From the NCBI GenBank assembly GCA_020891255.1, contig BQFW01000015.1:1736001-1800000 (forward strand): DNA of 64,000 bases. Direction: 5' to 3'. Below the pieces are notes generated by a model. That model made no database searches. It had not been told where the DNA came from and saw only the letters and a list, made by a program, of their open reading frames with translations. The stretch is from Entomortierella parvispora E1425. Lineage: Eukaryota > Fungi > Mortierellomycota. The position numbers and the translations under genes are program-made. This document shows positions 53,000-64,000 of the stretch, one piece after another. Positions within the stretch are counted from its first letter, which is position 1. Each line of letters begins with the position of its first letter.

Positions 53000-55010
53000 A
53001 TGCTTCCCCGGTCGATACAACTTCAGGCTGCACAACGATGCATCCACAGCCACACGACAACAACGGTTGTTGCCGCCACCAATAACGTTGCCCAACCTGC
53101 CCTCCTGCGCAGGAACGTGTCCTCGCTTACTTCCTACCAGGCACGGTTACATTTTCCTCGCCCACACTACCCACCTCATTGTCAACAACAATCGCAGTTT
53201 GTCAATGGTCCGATGCACGCTGGCTGTAGCACAGGCTCGACTCGAACCATCATCACAGGAACATATCCTTCTTCACGCCTTGACTTGTTCAACAAGAAGC
53301 TCAGAAAAATCGCCAAAGACCCACGTACCTGCCTGGTCCTTTTTGAAAAGTTCAGAGAACTAAAGGATTCGAAGCTAAAGCCCGATCTCACAACCTATAC
53401 CATCCTGCTCGAGGGACATGAACGCAATAACGACTTTTCAGGTTTAATGCGCACTTTGGAGGAAATGACTTTGGCTGGGGTGCTGCCAGATATCTCTGCC
53501 TATAATATTGGCTTGCGAGTGAGTCTTGGAAGCGAAGGCGCTCCACCATCTATTAAACATGGAGGTTGTCTCTTTCTTTAATTGACGCTAACACACGAAT
53601 GCTCTTGTTAATAGGCAGCGGCCGTCGTCGGAGACACCATCATGCTGGAGCAGATCAAGGACATGATTCGGGAGTCGGGATTGCAATTGAACCTCAATTC
53701 TTACGAGTTTATTATTCAGGGACTTTGCCATAACCATGAATTGGAACATGCGCTCGATCTGCTGGGAGATATGACTGTTTCTGTCAATGAGGAAGGACTG
53801 CCTGACGAGAATGGGCGGCCTACCATTGATATTCGCCCAAGCCTACAGTGCTTCATACCTGTTATCCAGCTTGCACAGAGTCTGCATGAATCCGAGACCG
53901 CATACTTGGTGCTGAAGATGGCTGAGGTTCAGAGTGGGCTCTCCCAGATTTCTCCAGTAATCTATTTAGATTTACTAGCAAAGGCGGCAGAGGACTATGC
54001 GGTATGTTCTTCAAGATGGGCCTGCGGACGAAATTGCTATATTCTAAGAGAACTCTTTGATTAACCCTGACTTTAACTCTGTCTCGCTGTAGCTTCCTGC
54101 TGTTGAGTACTGCTGGAGAAAGGCCGTAAAGGAAATGAAGGCTCAGCCAGACGAAGGTACCTGCATGCTCATTCTCAACTGTGCAGGACAAGGAGTTGCG
54201 CCAAAACTGTCGGCCGAGGTTATCCAGTATATGGGCGAGAGCGGGATGACTTTCCAAGAGTACCATTTCGCTCCTCTACTTCAGGCTTTTTCACTTGGCA
54301 AAAAGTTCAAGTCTGCATTCAATGTGCTCTCCATTATGAGGAAATCTGGGATGCAGCCCTCTATCTTGACAGCAACGAGTTTGCTCAAGGTTCTGGATGA
54401 CCCCGCTAATATCGAGGAAGCTTTCGCTTGCATGAAATCAATGCATCAAGAAGGAAAGGTCATCGACGTCGTTGCATTCAATGTGCTCTTGGAGGCCTGT
54501 GGTCGAAACAGGAACTTGATCAGGGCCATGGCTATTTTCGAATCTTCGTCCTCGTTAGGCGTCACACCGGACACGGACACATACAATGCACTTCTGTCTG
54601 GGTGCATCATGGACAAGAACATGCTTGAGGGTCGCAACGTCATTGCAATGATGCAGCGTGCAGGCGTGGACCCCAACGTTGATACATACCAGTCTTTGAT
54701 CACCCTGTGCCTGACGCAGATCAACTACGAGGATGCGTTTATGTACCTGGAGGAGATGAAGAGCCATAACGTTATCCCATCCGAGCCCATCTACACTAGT
54801 TTGGTTCGCAAGTTGGCGCGCGAGAACGATCCTAGGATCAAGTTTGCGGTGGAGGAGATGGAATCGTTTGGATATGTCGTCGGTCCCAATCTGCGTCAGT
54901 ATATCGAGACAGGAGGACTGAGCAACCTGGAGGAGTCCGAGCGGAGACGGCAGATCCGCATTGCTCAGCGTCGACGCAGCGCAGCATTTCAACGAGTTCG
55001 AGTAAGGTGA
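53000..55010 (+). CDS. Mitochondrial PPR protein, 3 exons
   Basis: Presequence MLPRSIQLQAAQRCIHS; repeats YTILLEGHERNNDFSGLMRTLEEMTLAGVLPD, FNVLLEACGRNRNLIRAMAIF, YNALLSGCIMDKNMLEGRNVIAMMQRAGVDPN. Confidence 0.92.
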
Positions 55011-55643
55011 GCGTCGCTCCTCTCGAACAAAAAGAAAAAAGAAAAAACGAAAAAATAAAAAATGGTGATGAACCTTGAATGGAATGATGCATTGCTCACC
55101 CGGATGTGACCTGGGAGGAGCTGTCAAATAGGAAGAGAGCGAGAGGGAGGTGGAGATGCGGGAAAAAGTGTGTCATGTGTCTCGTCTGCCTGGTGCATGC
55201 ATGGTCCTGCTTCGTTCCATTCAACCACACCCCGCACACGCCTCAACTCACCCTTGTCCTTGACCCTTGTCCTGTCCCCTCTCTCCTTCGCAAACACACG
55301 GGCACGCCCAGAGTTGCACCCCTGCCATCCCGATTACGATCCCCTCTCTTTGTTCTTCTCTTGCCCTGCCTGCCTGTCTGTCACACTACCATCCTCGCCC
55401 ACAGAACCGCGAGTCGCGCGCTTGCCTTCATTCCATTACTTTGCCATCCCTGCTCGCCACTTTACATTCAAAGCCTTGCTACTTCTTCTCGACCCTCCTG
55501 CTCCCATTGTATTGTACACTCATCTCATCTTCCTCTCTCACCCTTTCCTTCATCGCTTCATTTTGCTCGAGCTTTTTGGTATCTGGGCCTCTACACGAAC
55601 AAGCTCATCCCATACTCCATTGCTCGCATAGTCTTCTTGACCA

Positions 55644-58600
55644 ATGAAGGCCTGGAGCCTCGGCAACTTCTTCTCGTCGTTGGCCGTGCCTGCAGGACTT
55701 CAGAAACGACTCGTGAGCTTCCTGCTACAGCGTGCCATCGGCCATTTTCTAGAGGATGACCTCGACCTAGAGAAGCTCGATATCGAGTTGTCCAACGGAA
55801 TTGTACACCTGACAGACCTCAAGTTGAGCACTGCGGTAAGTTGTCACTCTATTCCCTCCCGAAAACAAACAGCATTCTTTTGTTTCTGCCCTTTGTTTTC
55901 GACAAGCAAAAGGGGAACGAACGGATCACGCAAGAAACAATGCGTGTGCTACCCTCCAACATCGGGACTATTACGCGCAGCTGATATTCGGTGGCAACAA
56001 TGGCGCAAGAGCTATGAGCAAAAAAAAATGGACTCTAGCTCAAGAGAGAAAAAAGAGTTCAGCAGGATGCTACTTGGATCAAAGTGACGAGCGTTGCTCT
56101 TCTCATGGAAGGTTGTGAAAGACAGGAGCAAGGAGACTCGACAAGGACACAGGATCAAGCCTTGTTCCGAATGTGGATTTCCTCGGTGGACAAAATAGAC
56201 TGGATAATGGGGGCGAGGTTTACATTGCCTTGTCGCAGTCGTGTCTTCATGCGGATCAAATCAAACTGACGCACTCGACTTTGCCACCATTGCCTGCGCC
56301 ATGGTCTTCATCCCTTCTGTTCAAATAGGCACTCAATGACCTTGTAGCCTCAACTCCCTTGGCGGTCACACAGGGCCGCATCGGATCCATTAACCTGACA
56401 ATACCTTGGCGCAACCTCTGGAGCGGGCAATGTGTGCTCGAGATTGATGGTATCGACATCACTCTGGCTCCTGTCAAGGCGCAGGCTCATCATGCACAGG
56501 ATCTGGAAGAACAGCTTCGCTCCTCGACCGTTAATCTGGCGAACGAATTTCTGCACCAGACCTCAAAGTCCAAAGAACAAGAAGCTCTACAGGAGTCATT
56601 GCTGCAGACCCTTCACACTCAGGCTGCCCCATCAGGATTCCCAGGAGACTTCAACTCCCGACCCTCCATCAACGTGCCTCTTTCCCCTTCACAACTTACG
56701 CCTGGGTCTGTACCTGAGAACAATGGAGAGGAACCAGAGGAAGGAGAGGGCACCCAGTTTGTTGCAAAGTTGATTGAAAAACTTATAGCCAGGATTCAAG
56801 TTATCTGCAGAGGAACAACAATCAGACTGCGGCACAGTTCTAGTTTGACATTTGTCCAAAATACGTCAAAGGACAAATCAAAGCGGGAGAAACTGGATTA
56901 CGAGCTTGAGATTCGACTTCCTCTTATCCATTATCGGGATGAAACGCCTGGCTGGGATCAGTCTGGGCCTGGAATGGACGCCTCGAGCGTTCGATCTACG
57001 TCGTCAGGTGTGGACTCAGTCTCGGGCTCAGCCATGTTGGAAGAGTCGGTTCTACCGAGCGTCATTTGGCAGGATACCCCAGAGTCAATCAAAACTGTAG
57101 TCTTCAAAGGATTTTCGATTTGGATCAAAGAGCGTGGGGCAATCCAGCAGATTGTCGAAGTACCAGAGTCTACCCCCATACAGCCCTCGCCAGTCCCTGA
57201 CGTGAATCGGCCTTCAGATCAAGATTTGTCAGACTCAGACGCCGATGTGTTTTCAGATGCACAGGAAAACTTTTCTCAGTCGATGGTGGCTTCTCAGATG
57301 GTTGCAAGTAGACATGCAGCACGTTCGATATACTCGACTCCGAAGCCGTCCACCGCTATGGATAAGGGGGTTGACCTTTACCAGGCTGAAATTTTTTCGA
57401 CACTGCAACACAGAAATCGTGTCAAGGTCAACATCCGGAAAAACACCAGCATGGTTTCTCCTGGATCAGTCCCTTTTCCCGCTCAATCGTCGACCAAATC
57501 TCTCTTGGACATGGACCTTCACATTCGCTCTGTCTTCATCGCTTTGTCCCCGGCTCATATCTCATTCATAATGGAAATACTTTCACTCATGGAACATGCT
57601 CCAGCGCAAGATGAGGCCACTCCAAAGGCTCCCGCATCCATTCCTGACCAGCACCTCCATCCAAGGATCAATCGTGATGGCGCTGCTCAGGAATATGGGG
57701 TTCAAAGTCCGCCACGCGTCGACGCTGCATTCCAAATACCACACAGTGAATTACCAGGAGACCGCACACATGGTCTAATGTCACCCAGGCGCACCCCCAA
57801 CACGGAGCAGTTGCGTGCTCTTCAAAATAAGAGTCCCGGAGGCCGTCCATTGGATCGCGACAGACACGTGGAATCTAAAAAGTCGAGGCCCCCTCTCCCA
57901 ACGCCGACCATGTATATGGATGCGTCTCGATTCTTGAGTGGGTCCACTTATACCGAAAGTCATGCAGGACCTTCACTTTCTGCCAGCGCTGCATTTGCCC
58001 CAGCCCCAGCCCCAGCCACTGCTCCAGCTTCACCGCCGGCTCTGACAGTGAAACTGAAAGCACGTATATCCACGTTCCAAATATTCATACTCTATCAGGA
58101 CCCGAAGAGCAAGGAATTTGTCCCCACGGAGGTGGGCTTTTACAAGAACCCAACACCTGAAGCGCTCAAGGCGGACCATCTAAAAATTGAGCTGGATAGT
58201 ATGATTCTTCGCTACCAGCAATGGTCAGCTTCTAACCCCAGCGGCGGCTCCAAACCACAAAAGTCCAACAAAGGTCAAATCGACTTCACCCTCAGCAACT
58301 TTTCAATTCTGGAGTGGATCGAGACTCTGCCGCGACCATTTGAATCCGAGAGATGGAGTCAGAGTTCGACAAGTTACCGAATCCCGACTCGACGACAATA
58401 TATACCCCTTGTAGAGTTTGAGAGCGACCAAGACCCTGGTCTCCAATCCAGTCCAACATCAAAATTCTCGACTCTGCAAGTCCCAAAGCGCTATATGACA
58501 GAGCGTAGTGTCGCCTCTCGGATGAAAACCGGTAAAAAGGAACAGGATCCAATCAGGCCAGCCTTCACAGCCACAGAAACAAGTCGAGAGGGCGATCCGC

Positions 58601-61600
58601 CTGCCGCTCCCGTGACAAAGGAGGTGGTCCGAGTGCGAGTACTGTTGGGAGGTAAGAAGGATAGTCCACGGTCCAACACGATGTCCCAAGATGCTTCATC
58701 GAGTGGATATACTCGGGATGTGACCATTGAGGTGAAGCCACTTCAGGTTCATATCGACTTGTTTACATTCCAGAGGATGGAAAAATGTTTCCTGGCTGTT
58801 ATGGGATCCTACAACACCGAAGCGCCTCCTGCACCGAGCAGTCAACAACCGGACCACTCAAATCGACAGCAGCATCCAGTGGACCAACAAATTATAGATG
58901 ACCTGGATACGCCGAGTGGCGCCAATAAGGTAATTGTTCTCCTACGGCCATTACCACTATAAAATTATCAGCAGGTGACTAAAACTTTGAGGGTGTTTTC
59001 TGTGTGGCCTTTATTTTAGTCAAAGACAAGACTACGGCTCCGTCTGAACTCTGTGCAAATCTGGGTCTCTGTTCCGGATATGACTCTGATTTTGTCAGGG
59101 AAGCCAGACACTGGACCAGAATACAGATCTATCTATGATGTCTTGGCTGTCAACATTTCGAAGCTTGTGATCACACAGGCCACAGATCCAGCAAAGGGTG
59201 TCTCTGATGGTGCCGAGACCTTGGAAACAAAGATTGGAAAGGGGACCGAGGACCACGCATGGAAGGTCAAGGTCGACTTTTCGAGTGTGTCGGCTTTTGT
59301 GATTCCTGCTCACGGTTAGTACAACTTGAGAAGAGCTATGATGAACTACAAAAAAAGGGCTGGAAAATACTCATGTCGCTACCCAACTTTTGTAGAAACT
59401 ATATCCCGAGCTATCTTGAGTATAGCAGCTTTGCCGAGTCAGACCTCCTCTCTATCTGGTTACAATTCTATCACGCCCAATATTGAGATCACAGCTCGAC
59501 TTCCAAGCTCTTTACCTATACATTATGAACGACCTACGGCCTCAGGATTCCCTCGAGTGCCGGTTTTGCAAGCTTTCGCGATTCTTGAAGGCGAGGAACT
59601 TGTTCACGACTCTGTAGACGAGGAGGAGGAGCTTCTACTCTTCAAACAAAGGACGCTAGAAACTTCGGTAACAGTCTTAGCCCCCACTTGACAGGTGCTT
59701 CATGCTTGAAATAATGACACCGGGAGCTCTCCTAACCCATACTCCTTTCTCTGTCGAATAGCTCCTCGTCATCAATACCCATTTCCCTCAGGTGGCTGTA
59801 CATTTGGAGAAGCGAGTCTTGGACATCTTTCAGCTAAGAGTGAACGATTTGAGCACCTGGTTGACTCTATTCTCCGAGCAGTTGGCCTCACAACTGCCAA
59901 CCCCGCCTCCATCGCCTATCTTTGTTGATACCGGCTCCAACGAAAGCTTTCCAAACACCAGGTTTAGTCCCGAGAACAAAGACAGCGCTCGACGCGGTAG
60001 TCTTGATGGTGGATTTAGAGATGATCAGAGTGAACACGGCACCGATCAATCCACTGCCTATGGTGAGGAACTTCGGTACCAAGCTGAGGGGGGGGTCTCT
60101 GGCATTCCTCGAAGCCATCAGCCACGCGACTACCAACCATACTCAAAGATGGTCAAGCCAACAATGGCGTCCGTTTTAGTTTATGCCCAGACAGGTACCG
60201 ATTTATTTAGATTGTTCAATGCTATGCGCTCTACATGACGCGAAACTGTCGACTAAGTGCGCCCATCACTCTACCGACTCCTACTATCATAGTGGATGTG
60301 ATATTGGACTACCCTACTGGACCCACCGTTCTGGACCCAGTTCCTATTGTGAAGTCATACCAGATCAATGCAGGAGAGGCGAGGATCTTCACAGCTGTCA
60401 AATACAAGGGCGGGGTAAGCTTGGTTTGAAACTAAAGGCCTGTGGGCAGGGAGACGCCAATGCACGAATTGTAACTCACAGTGATTCATTTGCTTTAGTT
60501 GGATACCTACTTGAGTGTTGATACCGAGGATCTTGAGTTCTGGGAGATCACTGCACAGAAGCCCAAGGCGCTGCTTCTTACGAGAACTATACCCAAGTCT
60601 GTCAAGGTAACAATACAAGCAAGCGGATTTTTTTTTTTGGATGTTATTCACGACCATCGAGATTATGGATGATACGGGGTATACTAACCTTTTTCCCTTT
60701 CTTTCTGACAGATCAAGTCTCCCAAACCAATGTTCCATATGACAAGTCTCCTGTCCTTTGATCCGATTCTAAAGTTCAAAGAGAACGACACAAATCTTGC
60801 CTTTGCCGGTATCTCGTGGAAGTTCTCCATCGAGCAAACAGCTGTGGATGATGTCCAGGATTTCTTTGCGGAACCTGTGGGCATTGTTTATCTGAATCCG
60901 CCTCACCAGTGCACTCGTGTTAGCGTGAGTCTCTCGGAATGCGGTATGGACTACAAGCCGCTTCACATCCCGTGTCGATTCGTCTTGTCGTTTGAAAAGA
61001 TGAAGGTACTACTCTCCAAATTACTGCAAACATCACGCTGGATATCTTTTTGTTACATCAAGCTGAACAGCTTTGTCTCTTCTCTTTCTTAGGTGTTTGC
61101 GACGCTGATACCCGAATCCCCAACCCTGAAATCCAAAGTTCAGATCTACAATATGAACGTTTTCCTGATTGATAACACTCAGAGCATGCTGAACCCACAA
61201 CATCCTAGCCTGGGCACGTTAGGGCCTGGGATCGATTCGAAACAGTTCTGGAAGTCGCTGGGATTTGCCATGATAGGTCAATGTCCTTTCTTTGAGTTGA
61301 AGTCGATTAAGAGCAGGAACGGACAACTGCCTCTCTACGATTTGACTATTACCAACCAAATCTTTTACCTGGAGACTTGTTCAGACTCGTTTGAGACCCT
61401 GTCTAAGTTTGCAGCCTATATGGGGGACAATGGAGACATGCCCCTGGAGAAGAAAAAGATTTTGGAGAGATTGGCAGAGGCCGAAAGAGCCGCTAACAGA
61501 GCAAAGTCCAATGTCATATACCAAGATGTTTTGGGTAAGTTGCTACCAGTACTACCTGCGATCACACGCCTTCTTTCTGCAAATATTTTCTGTAGTGGAC

Positions 61601-64000
61601 TGGAAACTGGAAACTGGAAACTGGGGACTGACAACTTCTCTCATTAACGGTAGTGGCGAGTCTGGACGAAGATGCATTCCGGAAGCCAAAGGTCGATAAA
61701 GATGCCTCGGCTACTGGCACTCTTGACATTGTGGAAGGATTCTACTCTGTTGAGAAAGAAGATTCCGATCCAGATCTCTTCAAGGCCCAAGTTAAAGATA
61801 CCCCTGATATTGATGGGTTCCATGAAGTCTACGCTGATCTCCTTGCTGGCCCTCGACGTGCAGAGAAGAAAGGGGCAGATTCCAAAGCTGGCACGTCGAA
61901 ACAAAGCGAAAGTGTTAAAGGAAAAGAAAAGATGCCAGCTGACCCTGTGGCTGATACGGGCCTGGATTTCCGCCCCAAGAGAGACCGCAAAGCATCGCAC
62001 TCCTCGGACCAAGGGCAAACCCGTCGCAAATCTCTAGAAGGCGGACGACGGGAAGAGCGGACTCATGTCAGAAGAGACACCGCGGGCTATGTGGAGGATA
62101 TCATCCGAGTTTTGGACCCAGCGGCTGAATTCGCGATCATCGATAATCACTTTGCGATCCCAGTGCTTACAAAAGAAGAACGTGCCAAGGATGAAGGGTA
62201 AGAAAAGGGTCAATTGGTGTGCTATAGGCATACGGCCTTTTAAAATATCTTTTTGTTAACATTCTCTGGCAATGTTGATAGCTCTCTTGCCAAAATGCGA
62301 GTCCGCGTACGAGACTTCACAGTCTCCTGGCGACTCTATGATGGCCTGGACTGGGAAATTTCAAGACTGGATGAGGCAGAGCGCAAGCGACAGGCTCGAC
62401 AACTCGCCAACCGGCTCTATGACCCGAACGACATTATCCATCAGACCATGGATAGTGCTCAGTCGAACCTGGAGGCTAGTATTTTCGAACGTCTGTCTGG
62501 AATGCAACCCGGCTCTTCGGATCGTCAGAGCCGAAGAGATCTCTCGCCTTCGTCTTCAGAGGCAGATTCAACCAGTGATTACCAAAATGATGCCATGAGT
62601 CAAGTCAGCGGTATGGGTGGAGGTCGTCCTTCGTCGACGTCTTCAGTCTCGGGAAGTAAACGCCATCAACCCCCGCAGCACCATGGCGGCAGTAGGCACC
62701 AAGACACCAATCCAGCGGGTCAGAAACGGAAAAAGAAGTTTGAGCGATCCAAGGCAGCGATGCTCGAGTTTAACGCGGATAAAATCCGGGTCGACTTTGA
62801 GGATCATGTCGCAGGGGTCGAAACGGCCTCTCATCTGTCTGTGCGCGTCAAGCAGTTTGAGATCATTGATAACCTCAAGACTTCACTGTGGCACAAATTC
62901 TTGTCCCATCAGCGAACAGACTCCAGCACTGCAACTCCAAGGTTGACTCAGTCGAATATGATTCGCATTGATCTCGACGGTGTTCGCCCTGTTGTGAGCG
63001 CCTCAACGGTCGAGTACCGACTCAAGGTCCGGATCCTGCCTCTTCGTCTATACATTGATCAAGACGCACTCATTTTCTTGATCAGGTTCTTCGTGCAGGG
63101 AACTGCAAATGGCGGTACTGCTGCCGGCACACCCACGGACGAATACCCTCCAGAAGGAATGGCTGCAGCCCTGGACAATACTGAAAAGAAGAAACCAAAC
63201 GAGCTGTACTTCCGTAAGTGAACAATGAGAGATATTCATACGCGTCTTTTCAATGTACCAGAGCTGGAGTGTCATAGATATTTACTTGACTTTTCTCTTA
63301 TTGCCTTCTCATAGAATCTGTCAATCTTGGTGAGATTGCAATCAAGATGGACTACAAGCCGAAACATGTGGACTACACTGGACTGTCTGGAGGCAACTTT
63401 GTGGAGCTGATGAACTTCTTCCATCTGGACGCAGCAGAGATGACGCTTCAGGAGGTGCGACTCCATGGCATCAATGGATTTTCAAAGTTGGGTCACGACC
63501 TTATTGGAGCGTGGCTACCCCATATCCGATCGACTCAAGTTCCCCATATGGTCTCGGGTCTAACGCCCATCCGTTCTTTGGTTAACCTGGGATCTGGAAT
63601 TGCCGATTTGGTGCTATTGCCTATTGAGCAGTACAAGCGAGATGGACATATCATTCGTGGGCTTCAAAAGGGTGGACAAGCTTTTACGCGCGCCACAACA
63701 TTGGAGGCTCTCAAGATTGGCACCAAACTCGCCGTCGGCACCCAAGTCCTATTGGAACATGCAGACGAGATTTTTGGATCTGGGAACAAGGCTGGTGTCA
63801 GTGGCGGTAGCTCTAGCTCGGGTTCCAATTCTAAAGCAAGACAGGACGGCAATGGTGGATACTTGATCGATGTCGGCGGTGATTATGGCAACGGTAAGAG
63901 AATGGTGGCAACAATGGTCTCGGATTCCGAGGCCTATATGCAAGAATCGATCGACGATGAAGACACACTCCTTCAACATCTACATCAGCAACAGCAACAA
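55644..64000 (+). CDS. ATG2: Autophagy lipid-transfer protein Atg2, multi-exon, 3' end beyond the window
   Basis: Chorein-N QKRLVSFLLQRAIGHFLE..LDIELSNGIVHLTDLKL, GRIGSINLTIPW; ETCSDSFETL; DYKPKHVDY..GNFVELMNFF, TQVPHMVSGLTPIRSLVNLGSGIADLVLLPIEQYKRDG. Confidence 0.95.

Overview
Gene-dense, intron-rich eukaryotic DNA with short GT-AG introns, many poly-A/poly-T runs and no rRNA, tRNA or CRISPR features found. The gene content (RING-BRCT BRCA1-like gene, cactin, Arb1, PPR genes, an At4g15545-like gene) suggests an early-diverging fungus, most plausibly Mucoromycota/Mortierellaceae; this is an inference. About 21 protein-coding genes can be supported: a Cdc25/rhodanese phosphatase, a BRCA1-like RING + 2xBRCT protein, Bub2, Zim17, Ups1/PRELI, CysRS, a secreted C-type-lectin-like repeat protein, cactin, Tsr1, FAHD1, Prp8, riboflavin synthase, a p24/Emp24 protein, Arb1, two divergent PPR genes, Atg2 (truncated by the window end) and several uncharacterised proteins. 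The standout is a 210-aa intein in PRP8 (32231-32860) at the FWEKA/SGFEE site. It has no homing endonuclease but carries a ~50-aa insert resembling an AP2-type DNA-binding module. All exon coordinates were derived by eye and family assignments come from recalled motifs, not database searches.
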